50,104 bases of DNA from Chthoniobacteraceae bacterium (GTDB lineage: Bacteria; Verrucomicrobiota; Verrucomicrobiia; Chthoniobacterales; Chthoniobacteraceae): contig JAYTDO010000256.1 in assembly GCA_043735935.1 (NCBI GenBank), forward strand, positions 1 through 50,104, in the 5' to 3' direction. This document shows positions 37,042 through 45,230 of the stretch, one piece after another (position 1 is the stretch's first letter; every line of letters starts with the position of its first letter). The notes beneath the pieces are model-generated. The model was not told the DNA's origin and did not search any database. It worked only from the letters and a program-made list of their open reading frames with translations. The translations under genes were made by a program, and so were the position numbers.

Positions 37042-40000
37042 ATGAAAGAATATCCCTCCCTCCCCACACGCTTCCTCCGTCACGCATGGACGGCGGCCTG
37101 CCTCGGATTTGGCGTGTTGATCAGCCCATTGAACTGGGCATCGGCGGCACCGATCGAAATCACCGCCAGCGTCGAAGGACAAGAGAGAGAGTTCGAGGTT
37201 TCCTCCGATGAGATTTACGTCATCCGCACGGGCGATCGCCCGGTGCAGGAGCTCAAAGATCTGCTCGAAAGCCGCGTCGCAGGAGCGCGGATCGAAGGTT
37301 ATACGGGGACTCACGCGATCGTGCGGTTGCCGCGCGCGTTTGATCACGGCAAGGCGGCGCTTCAGACGGATGAAATCAGCACGGCGGTGGCCGGCGCGGA
37401 ACTCCAACCAATCCTTTACCCTAAAGGAACCCCTCACTCGGACAAGACGCGGGTCTTCGCGACGCGCGACGTACTGGTGAAATTGCCCGATGGAAAGACC
37501 GGTCAACAGCTCGCAACGCAATTCGGCGCCGAGAGCGCGACCACCACATTGCTCGATGCTCATGTGATGCTCCACTTTCCGACCGCTTACCATGCGCTCG
37601 CGGGAGCTAAGGCGCTCCGCGCGGCGGGGCTACAGAGCAAGCCGCAGATGGCCAAGGCAGCGCAAAAGCGCGTGGCTCCTCCGAAGGATCGTTTCTTCGG
37701 CGACCAATGGCACCTTTTTAACGTCGGCCAAGGCGGCGGCACCCCGGGGGTCGACGCGAATGTCCTGCCCGCATGGGATCTCGGTCTCGGTCGCGGCGTT
37801 AACATTTCAATCGTCGATGACGGCCTCCAGACAAACCATCCCGACCTTCAGGACAACACGCCGGACATTCAGTCGAACCTGCATCACGATTTTAACGACA
37901 ACGATAATGATCCCCGTCCGGGTCCTTTCGACAACCACGGCACATCCGTCGGCGGCGTGGCGGCAGCGCGCCAGAACAACGGAGCTCCCGACCCCGTCGA
38001 TGGCTCGTTCCGTGGCGTCTCTGGCAGTGCGCCGGAGGCGAAGCTCGTCGGCTTGCGCTTGATCTCCGCGGCGTTCACCGACCTGCAGTCCGCCGACGCA
38101 CTTTATTGGAGACCGACGAATTTCGTCGTCAGCGTATCGAATAATAGCTGGGGCCCCACCGACGGAAGCGGTCTGCATGGACCGGACGTGCTCACTAAGG
38201 CCGCACTGGCAAAAGCGACCGCAGAGGGTCGCGGGGGCAAGGGACAAGTGACCGTTTGGGCGGGCGGCAACGGACTGCAATTTTCCGATGACGCGAATCT
38301 CGACGGATACGCAAACTCCCGCTTTGTCCTCGCCGTCGGCGCAGTCGATAATACGGGCATCCAGTCGTATTACAGCGAACCCGGAGCGAATCTCATGGTC
38401 GTTGCTCCCTCGGACGGCGGCACGCTCGGCATCACCACCACCGATCGGACCGGCGTGGATGGCTATAACCCCACCAACCCCGGGAACCTTTCCAACACGG
38501 ATTACACCAACGATTTCGGCGGCACCTCGTCGGCTTCGCCGCTGACCGCGGGCGGAGTGGCGCTCATGCTTGGAACAAATAACAACCTCGGGTGGCGTGA
38601 CGTGAAAGAAATCCTGGCGAGCACGGCGCGCCAGAATGATCCGGGCGACCCGGATTGGGTCGTGAACGACGGTGGATTCAAATTCAGCCATAAGTACGGC
38701 GGTGGCATGATCGACCTTCGCGCGGCGGTCACTCGCGCGCTGACGTGGGTCAATCTTGGCGCGGAAGTCACGCAGTCCATTTCGGCTCCCGCCGGGCAGG
38801 TGCCGGTGCAAATTCCAGACGGCGGACAAGTCACCCGGGTTTTCGATTTCTCGGCGTTTCCGAACCTGCGCCTCGAGCAAATCGAGATCGTCACCAGCAT
38901 CACCGCGGCCCGCAGAAGCCAATTGACGATCACCCTCACCTCACCTTCGGGAGTCCAGAGTATCCTCGCATCCTCGCACCTGCACCCGAACTTCACCTTC
39001 ACCGGCGATGACGATCTTGATTTCAAGGACAACGGCGGCGGATGGACGTTTACGAGCACTCACTACTGGGGCGACAACAGCAAAAAAGGCATCAACGGAA
39101 AGTGGACCTTGTCCATCGTGGATCAGTTTGGCGGAGACAATATCACCGCGACCCTGAACAACGCGGCCGTCCGCCTCATCGGCACAATCGCGCCGCAGGG
39201 CCGCATCGTATTCGACAGCCCGTTCTATTCCGTCAATGAGGCGCAGGTGCCCGACCCGGGCAATCCTGGTGGTTTCATCAACGCCACGCAAAACGTCCGG
39301 GTCCGCCGCCTCGGTCCGGTCGATACCGAAGCGACGGTCGATTACCAAACCACCGTCGGCTCTGCCACCGCACCCGGCAATCCGGGCAATCTCCCGGCGG
39401 ATTATGTCCCGACGTCGGGCACCCTTCATTTTTCAGTCGGCCAACAGTTCGCCGACACTGATATCGTTCTCGAAGTGCTCGACGACAGTACACCCGAGCC
39501 GATCGAGCAGGTTAATGTCGTGCTCAATAATCCCGTCGGTGCCGTCCTGGGTGGCGTGACTCTCGCAACGGTGGACATCATCGACAGCGAGCAAAACTTC
39601 GTGACCGTCGTCGCGACCGACAACAGCGCTGCCGAGACGAATAACGACGTCCCGCCCGACACCGGCACGTTCACCATTTCGCGCCTCACCGCAGGTTCGG
39701 ACGCTCTCACGGTCCATTTCAACGTCACGGGAACCGCCACCTACGACGATTTTGTCACAGCGAATCCCGACTACGATAACTTCGATCTCGTCGCCACGAT
39801 TCCCGCTTTTGAAAAATCGGTGACCGTCGTCGTCAAACCGAAGAATGACTCCGCGATTGAGGGAGTGGAAACAGTGATCCTAAACCTCGAAAGCGATCCG
39901 GCCTACGCCATCGGCCTCGCATCCAGCGCCCAGATTCGGATCGTCGATAACGATCGCCAAAAGGTCCAAATCGAGAATCTGGACAATCTCGCACAGGAAA

Positions 40001-42084
40001 ATGTTCCAACGAACGTGGGCCTGTTGCGCCTCAAACGCACGATCGACGTCAACGCGCCAAACGCATTCGACGCCGCACTCCTAGTCGATCTCTCGCTGGG
40101 AGGCACGCAGCGTCCCGGGACTAACTACACAATCACCGTCGGTTCTGATCTGATCAACCTCGGGCCATCGACCACCTTTTTCACCGCCGTCATTCCCGCC
40201 GGCCAGACGACCGTCGACATCACGATCACCCCTGTCGACGACCTCGTTTACCAGGCGACTAAGACCGTCATCGTCACGTTGCTTCCGAACGATAATTACG
40301 ATTCCACGTTCGGCTTCCTCACGATGGCGAACGTCCGCATCATCGAAGACGATCCGTTGCCCGACACGGTCATTCCGACGGTGAAAATCACGTCGCCGGC
40401 GGTGGACGAAAAAATCAAAAAAACCAACGCCGCGACGGTCATCGCCACAGGCGTTGCCAAAGACAATCTCGGCGTCCGCAGCGTGCTCGTCTCCGTCAAT
40501 GGAAACAGCGTCCGCGCGGCGAACCTGACTCCGGTCCCGGACAAGCCGAACAAATTTACCTGGGACCTGGACATCACAGCGGACCTCGTCCTCGGCAAAA
40601 ACTTCATGACGGTAACTGCGACGGACGGCGACCAGTTCAACTCGAACGATTCCGAAGTCGCGGTGGTTCGTTTCTTCTACCTCGAAGAACACACGCTGAC
40701 GGTCATCATCGACGGCGACGGCAAAGTGACGAAAGCCTACGCCGCCCCGACGATCCAGAACGCGGGAGCCGTGGTGAACATCGTGGCCAAACCCGCAGAC
40801 GGCTCCGTGTTCGCCGGTTGGTTCACCGACGTGCCAGTAGCCGGCACCATCATCACGACGTCCCGGGCGCTCCGCTTCATGATGCCCGTGAATCCGCCCG
40901 CCGACGCCAATCTCACGGCGAAATTCATCCCGTCACCATTTGGCACGGAAATCACGGGGAACTATACGGGGCTGATTCAGGCACCGTTCTTCAATACCGA
41001 GACCTCGGGATTGCTCACCGCGACCGTCGATGTCAGCGGCGCGTTCACCGCGATGATGCGTTTCAGCGGCGTGCAATACACCTTCATAGGGGAATTCACG
41101 GCGCAACCCGGCTCCACGGCGACCTTTGACGGACTCGTCCCACGCGGCAACCTCACGCCGCTCACAGTCAGTCTGTCCATTGACACGAACGACACCGGTA
41201 CACGCAGCATCACGGGCACGGTCAACAACGGAGCCGTCAACTCCATCGTCGTCGCGAACCGGGCGATCTACAGCAAACAGAACCCCGCCCCGAGCGACCT
41301 CATCCACGATTACACCTTCTACATGCCCCCGGCGTCGCCGCTTGGAAACTCGACCAAGGATCCTCACGGAATCGGCTACGGCACGGTCCGCATCAACAAG
41401 AAGGGCGGCGTCACCTGGTCTGGAACGCTACCCGACGGAAGCGTGGTGACGCAAACCACGACGATCAGCAAGGACGGCAAGTGGCCTCTCTTCCTGAGCC
41501 TCTACAACAACCACGGCGTCGTTCTCGGCGAAGTGACCCATTCCGTCCTCGCCGCAAGTGACTTCACCGCAAGCGTCGACTGGTTTCGCCCGACAAAACC
41601 CCGGAACCCGCTCTTCACGGCCGGATTTAAGATCGAAGACGCCGACGTCATCGGAGCCATCTACGTCGCCCCGACGAGCGGGACGCGCGTGCTGACTGAG
41701 TTTGACATCGCGCCAGCGAACAAAGGCAACGCCCTTATCAACGAAGGAAACCTGATCTCGACCATCAACAAGGAGTTCGAACTCACCACCGACAACCGTG
41801 TGCTCGTCACACCGCCCGCAAGTCCGGTCAACCTCACGGTAAAAATCAACCCGGTCACGATCGCCCCAAGCCAGTTCGGATTCGGCGTCCCAGGGGTCAA
41901 GGGCGGGACGTTTACCGGAAGCTTCTTCCACCCGATCGGCTTGGTGAATACCCCGATTGCCGGAATCATTTTCCAAAAGGCCGGTTATCAGCAACTCATC
42001 GGTTCATTCCTCGGAACGTCCGCACCGGACGTTCCGCGGCAAACGGGTCGTGTGATCCTCACTCCGAATCCGCCAGTGCCGTAA
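37042..42084 (+). CDS. Giant secreted kexin/furin-like subtilase (peptidase S8 plus P-domain) with three Calx-beta repeats, Ig-like modules and a ~640-aa C-terminal region of unknown fold
   Basis: Signal peptide. Catalytic triad contexts ISIVDDGL, DNHGTSVGGVAAA and GGTSSASPLTAGGVALM. P/Homo-B-like segment ...GKWTLSIVDQFGGDNITATLNNAAVRLIG. Calx-beta-like repeats (e.g. TVDYQTTVGSATAPG..DYVPTSGTLHFSVGQ..TDIVLEVLDDSTPEPIE). A repeat resembling TLTV..DGDGKV...AKPADGSVFAGWF. 1680 aa in total. Confidence 0.85.
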   Translation: MKEYPSLPTRFLRHAWTAACLGFGVLISPLNWASAAPIEITASVEGQEREFEVSSDEIYVIRTGDRPVQELKDLLESRVAGARIEGYTGTHAIVRLPRAFDHGKAALQTDEISTAVAGAELQPILYPKGTPHSDKTRVFATRDVLVKLPDGKTGQQLATQFGAESATTTLLDAHVMLHFPTAYHALAGAKALRAAGLQSKPQMAKAAQKRVAPPKDRFFGDQWHLFNVGQGGGTPGVDANVLPAWDLGLGRGVNISIVDDGLQTNHPDLQDNTPDIQSNLHHDFNDNDNDPRPGPFDNHGTSVGGVAAARQNNGAPDPVDGSFRGVSGSAPEAKLVGLRLISAAFTDLQSADALYWRPTNFVVSVSNNSWGPTDGSGLHGPDVLTKAALAKATAEGRGGKGQVTVWAGGNGLQFSDDANLDGYANSRFVLAVGAVDNTGIQSYYSEPGANLMVVAPSDGGTLGITTTDRTGVDGYNPTNPGNLSNTDYTNDFGGTSSASPLTAGGVALMLGTNNNLGWRDVKEILASTARQNDPGDPDWVVNDGGFKFSHKYGGGMIDLRAAVTRALTWVNLGAEVTQSISAPAGQVPVQIPDGGQVTRVFDFSAFPNLRLEQIEIVTSITAARRSQLTITLTSPSGVQSILASSHLHPNFTFTGDDDLDFKDNGGGWTFTSTHYWGDNSKKGINGKWTLSIVDQFGGDNITATLNNAAVRLIGTIAPQGRIVFDSPFYSVNEAQVPDPGNPGGFINATQNVRVRRLGPVDTEATVDYQTTVGSATAPGNPGNLPADYVPTSGTLHFSVGQQFADTDIVLEVLDDSTPEPIEQVNVVLNNPVGAVLGGVTLATVDIIDSEQNFVTVVATDNSAAETNNDVPPDTGTFTISRLTAGSDALTVHFNVTGTATYDDFVTANPDYDNFDLVATIPAFEKSVTVVVKPKNDSAIEGVETVILNLESDPAYAIGLASSAQIRIVDNDRQKVQIENLDNLAQENVPTNVGLLRLKRTIDVNAPNAFDAALLVDLSLGGTQRPGTNYTITVGSDLINLGPSTTFFTAVIPAGQTTVDITITPVDDLVYQATKTVIVTLLPNDNYDSTFGFLTMANVRIIEDDPLPDTVIPTVKITSPAVDEKIKKTNAATVIATGVAKDNLGVRSVLVSVNGNSVRAANLTPVPDKPNKFTWDLDITADLVLGKNFMTVTATDGDQFNSNDSEVAVVRFFYLEEHTLTVIIDGDGKVTKAYAAPTIQNAGAVVNIVAKPADGSVFAGWFTDVPVAGTIITTSRALRFMMPVNPPADANLTAKFIPSPFGTEITGNYTGLIQAPFFNTETSGLLTATVDVSGAFTAMMRFSGVQYTFIGEFTAQPGSTATFDGLVPRGNLTPLTVSLSIDTNDTGTRSITGTVNNGAVNSIVVANRAIYSKQNPAPSDLIHDYTFYMPPASPLGNSTKDPHGIGYGTVRINKKGGVTWSGTLPDGSVVTQTTTISKDGKWPLFLSLYNNHGVVLGEVTHSVLAASDFTASVDWFRPTKPRNPLFTAGFKIEDADVIGAIYVAPTSGTRVLTEFDIAPANKGNALINEGNLISTINKEFELTTDNRVLVTPPASPVNLTVKINPVTIAPSQFGFGVPGVKGGTFTGSFFHPIGLVNTPIAGIIFQKAGYQQLIGSFLGTSAPDVPRQTGRVILTPNPPVP

Positions 42085-42103
42085 CCGCGTTTTTTCCCCG
42101 GAC

Positions 42104-42142
42104 AAAGCCCGCCGTCACCTTGTCTGAACGGCGGGCTTTTTT
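42104..42142 (+). terminator. Rho-independent terminator after the S8 protease gene; overlaps the 3' end of convergent lgt
   Basis: Stem aaagcccgccg (42104-42114) / cggcgggcttt (42129-42139), with a T-run from 42137 to 42142. Confidence 0.75.
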
Positions 42143-42816
42143 CTGTACCGACGAACGAAACCGACCGTCCCAAGCAGCACGACCGCAAGCGCGGCGACTT
42201 GATAACCCGTAATGCCGTGGGACAACCGCGGCGTCGCGCGGAGGAACTCGTGCATAAAGCGGAAGACCCCGTAGCCGATCAGGTAGATGTGGAAATGCTG
42301 CCCCGGCAATATCCCGCGCCGGCGCATCACCCCGACCGCGCCGATCGCGATCAGGTTGAATCCAATTTCAGCCGGGACCGCCGGCCAGCGTTCGATCCCG
42401 CGCGCGTCTCGCAAAGTCCACCACGCGCGCGAGCATGCGATCCCATTGCAACATCCGTGCAGCAGACAACCGACACGCCCTAGCGTGATCCCGACCGGCG
42501 CCACGATGGCAAACCAATCGCCCGTCGGCGCTTGATACCCGACGCATTTCTTTGCGATCTCGACACCCGCAAATCCGCCGAGCAGCGCTCCGATGACGGT
42601 CTTTCCCGTCGCCAAGATCAACCAGCGATCCGGCGACTCCCAGTAAAGCCAGCCCTCCGCCAGAAGGTAAACGACCTTCGCACCGACAAAGGCGCTCACG
42701 AGAGCAGCGCCGTAGATGATCATCAACCGCGAGTCCTTCCGCGCGAGGCGCGACCAAAAAAACAGGCTCACTCCGATGCCCGCAATCATCAAAATGGGGT
42801 ATGGCGACATCGTCAC
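42115..42816 (-). CDS. lgt: Prolipoprotein (phosphatidylglycerol) diacylglyceryl transferase
   Basis: Polytopic membrane protein. YPILMIAGIGVSLFF, GAKVVYLL, GITLGRVGCLLHGCCNG and HFHIYLIGYGVFRFMHEFLR are Lgt-type motifs. The start is the GTG at 42816 or the ATG at 42810. Confidence 0.8.
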   Translation of the reverse strand: MTMSPYPILMIAGIGVSLFFWSRLARKDSRLMIIYGAALVSAFVGAKVVYLLAEGWLYWESPDRWLILATGKTVIGALLGGFAGVEIAKKCVGYQAPTGDWFAIVAPVGITLGRVGCLLHGCCNGIACSRAWWTLRDARGIERWPAVPAEIGFNLIAIGAVGVMRRRGILPGQHFHIYLIGYGVFRFMHEFLRATPRLSHGITGYQVAALAVVLLGTVGFVRRYRKKPAVQTR

Positions 42817-42828
42817 GTCGACGGTCGC

Positions 42829-44190
42829 TCACACGCCCGCTGCGCCCCCAGCGGCGTAGTAGCGACAAAAGGAATCCAGTTTCCCATCGGGCCGGATGAC
42901 GTGTGTGCAGCAACGGTCGATCCGATCCTCATCCCACGTCCACGCATCCATGAATGGCTTGATGAAGAGCCGGAAGGTGTTCGTTTCGTTCAACTCGAAT
43001 TCCTTCAACAACGCCCCGAGGGGTTCCGATTCGCAGCCGCACTGCATCAGGTCTTCGAGCCGATAGCGCACCTTGTCGCGCAGGAATCCCTGCACCGTCG
43101 CGAAGTCGACGAATTCACTCACGGACCGTGTTCCGCCATCGACTTTCAAAAGATATCCGATGGTCGCGCAATTCGGGTCGCCGCACGGAAGTGGAGTGAA
43201 ATCCTCGAAGCGCAGTTTGCCGGCGCTCTGGCCGACGGCGCTGACGATGATGTCAGCCGTGTTGAGGTGCTCAAACTGGCTCGCCCCGGGCTCCGATTGG
43301 CGGCCGGTGGTGAAAACGGGCTGAAACGCGATCCCCCGAACGTGTGCAAATCGGAGCCCGAACTCCACCGCCTCCCAAAGGTAGGCCAGGTTATCCCTCG
43401 TCACCGTCATGGCCAGCGTCATGGGAATATTAAGAGCGCCGCACCGTTCGATCGCCCGGCGCCGGAGTTCGCGAAAGTCTCCTCCCCGGAGGGCGCGCTG
43501 CCCTGCTTCCTGCACGCCGTCGAACTGGAGATAGAGTTGAAATTTTCCGTAGTGGAACGTTTTACCGAGTCGATCCAGAAACCCATCGTCGTTCGCGATG
43601 CGAACTCCATTCGTATTCAGCAAGACATAGTCGATGCCCGGGTTCGCGTGCAGCCATGCGAGCAACTCGAAGAATTCCGGATGCAGCGTCGGTTCGCCGC
43701 CCGAGAGCTGCAGGATTTCGATCGGCCCCTTACGGTCGATGACGCCTTGAATGCGCCGCTGAAGCGCCTCGAGAGGCACAGCATCCACTCGTCCCACGGG
43801 CGAGTCCGCATAACAAGTCGGACACGCGAGATTGCACGAATTCACAATCTCGATCAGCGCGAGACAGGTGGAGAGTTTCTCCTGAATGCCCAACGCTTCC
43901 AGCGGATCGGCATTACGCCCGAGCGTTCCCCGCACCGCGCCGTCGCTGGCAGAACACGCATTGCCGCCGCAGCACGCATTTCGCGGATCGCCCTGCGCGC
44001 GCCAGTAAAACCGCGCATCGGACGAGATGCACACTTCCGCCGCGCCGTGCTCCGGGCAGCATCTGCGCAAAAGCACGCGCTTCTCCTTTCCCCCGACGAT
44101 CCACACCTCGCCGGGGACATTCGTGCGGCAGACGTGGCAGCGAGTCGTCGTACGCTTGAGCAGCTCTTCGGAAATGACGTCCAAACGCAT
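42829..44190 (-). CDS. Radical SAM enzyme with an N-terminal rubredoxin/Zn-ribbon-like Cys motif and a C-terminal Cys-rich extension (class-D rSAM / Tes-GDGT-MAS-like architecture)
   Basis: CHVCRTN...(22 aa)...CCPEHG at the N-terminus. Radical-SAM box IEIVNSCNLACPTCYA, and LSGGEPTLHPEF. C-terminal Cys motifs are PCGDPNC, QCGCES and RCCTHVIRPDGKLDSFCRYY. The stop lies 12 nt upstream of lgt. Confidence 0.7.
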   Translation of the reverse strand: MRLDVISEELLKRTTTRCHVCRTNVPGEVWIVGGKEKRVLLRRCCPEHGAAEVCISSDARFYWRAQGDPRNACCGGNACSASDGAVRGTLGRNADPLEALGIQEKLSTCLALIEIVNSCNLACPTCYADSPVGRVDAVPLEALQRRIQGVIDRKGPIEILQLSGGEPTLHPEFFELLAWLHANPGIDYVLLNTNGVRIANDDGFLDRLGKTFHYGKFQLYLQFDGVQEAGQRALRGGDFRELRRRAIERCGALNIPMTLAMTVTRDNLAYLWEAVEFGLRFAHVRGIAFQPVFTTGRQSEPGASQFEHLNTADIIVSAVGQSAGKLRFEDFTPLPCGDPNCATIGYLLKVDGGTRSVSEFVDFATVQGFLRDKVRYRLEDLMQCGCESEPLGALLKEFELNETNTFRLFIKPFMDAWTWDEDRIDRCCTHVIRPDGKLDSFCRYYAAGGAAGV

Positions 44191-44197
44191 ACCCGGT

Positions 44198-44515
44198 TCA
44201 GCCAGCGACGAGCATGCAACCCGCGAAACCGATCGCGGCGTTCACGATCGCGAGCACCGCGCCGCAGCCGATCGTTCCGAGCACTTTCCAACCCCAATGG
44301 TCGCTCTTCCTCACCAACCAATATCCCAGCGCCAGGCAGATCACGGCGCCGATGCACATCGTGATGATGCCGCTTCCGAGGACAGCGTATCCCCGCGTTT
44401 CGGAACCGCGCCCTTGGTTGGCGGCGGCCGCGGTGACGGCACCGACGAGGTTGATGACCGCCGGCGACATCAGGAGCGACCACTGCCAGAGGCTTTCGGG
44501 TTTGGTGAATTTCAT
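44198..44515 (-). CDS. Small hydrophobic membrane protein (3 predicted TM), uncharacterised
   Basis: 105 aa with an ATG start. The stop is 7 nt before the radical-SAM ATG. The hydrophobic C-terminal half ends IGFAGCMLVAG and is similar to the 66-aa protein upstream. Confidence 0.6.
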   Translation of the reverse strand: MKFTKPESLWQWSLLMSPAVINLVGAVTAAAANQGRGSETRGYAVLGSGIITMCIGAVICLALGYWLVRKSDHWGWKVLGTIGCGAVLAIVNAAIGFAGCMLVAG

Positions 44516-44525
44516 CGGGCTCAGG

Positions 44526-44726
44526 TCAGTGCATATTCATCGACCCGCCGGTGAGCAGGCAACCGGCAAAGGCGATCCCGAAAAGCACGCAGGCGGCGCC
44601 GACCATAATCACGACGCCCATCAGCGCCCCGAGAAGTAATTGCAGGGCGACATTTTCCACCCACTTGCCGGCGATGAGGAATCCGACCACGAACGCGCCG
44701 ATCAGCAGCAAGGCGACAATCTCCAT
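44526..44726 (-). CDS. Small hydrophobic membrane protein (2-3 TM), paralog-like of the 105-aa protein
   Basis: 66 aa starting at the ATG at 44726 (MEIVALLLIGAFVVGFLIAGKWV...GIAFAGCLLTGGSMNMH). This ATG overlaps the TAA of the upstream gene by 1 nt. The longer track ORF (to 44963) is an Arg/Gly-rich overlap with that gene. Confidence 0.55.
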   Translation of the reverse strand: MEIVALLLIGAFVVGFLIAGKWVENVALQLLLGALMGVVIMVGAACVLFGIAFAGCLLTGGSMNMH

Positions 44727-45139
44727 TATGCCGACTCCTTTCGAGGATAGAGCACCAGATATGCACTCGCGATGAATCCGGCGACAATGATGCCGAAAGA
44801 CGCCTGCTCCCACTTCACGACTCCCCGCGCCATGCAGGCGGCCCCGAAGATGACTTCCAAAACGCCACGCGCGATGCCGATCTGAATCCACGCCACGTGC
44901 CGTCTCGGATCGCCTGCCGCTATGCCGTAGCCGATTCCCATCGTCGCCAGGCAGCAGCCCCAAAGGCCAACGAGATAATCCACACCAGCGGGTAAATCCG
45001 TGAAATGAAATGCGGCCTCAATGCGACGCGGCACGATCATCAGAAACACGCCCATCAGCGCGAGCACCGTCGCGTCCATCATCAGCAGCATGCGCAGCGC
45101 TCGCATTCGCGGGGCATTATCGGAGGACATGAGCGGCAC
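44726..45139 (-). CDS. 4-TM membrane protein, uncharacterised
   Basis: 137 aa with four clear hydrophobic helices (e.g. LLMMDATVLALMGVFLMIV, YLVGLWGCCLATMGIGYGIAA). It is the first gene of the membrane-protein / radical-SAM / lgt string. The start is the GTG at 45139 or the ATG at 45130. Confidence 0.6.
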   Translation of the reverse strand: MPLMSSDNAPRMRALRMLLMMDATVLALMGVFLMIVPRRIEAAFHFTDLPAGVDYLVGLWGCCLATMGIGYGIAAGDPRRHVAWIQIGIARGVLEVIFGAACMARGVVKWEQASFGIIVAGFIASAYLVLYPRKESA

Positions 45140-45230
45140 GCTACACTACTGGCTCCGCGGCAGTCACGCCCCGCTTTGGTCCGCGCACGACGCTGGACGC
45201 TTCGCTCCCGACCTGTTTACAAGGACTCTT

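Noticed and set aside
42532-44364. 610-aa plus-strand ORF opposite lgt, the radical-SAM gene and a small membrane protein gene
   Set aside because: The composition is Arg/Pro/Ala-rich with no domains. The opposite strand encodes proteins with CxxxCxxC and Lgt motifs. Shadow ORF.
44198-44726. The two small proteins next to the radical-SAM gene as RiPP precursor peptides
   Set aside because: Both are hydrophobic throughout, with 2-3 predicted TM helices. They lack a hydrophilic leader/core organisation. The rSAM enzyme has no obvious RRE or SPASM-type layout. Membrane-protein partners seem more likely, but I cannot exclude RiPP precursors without searches.
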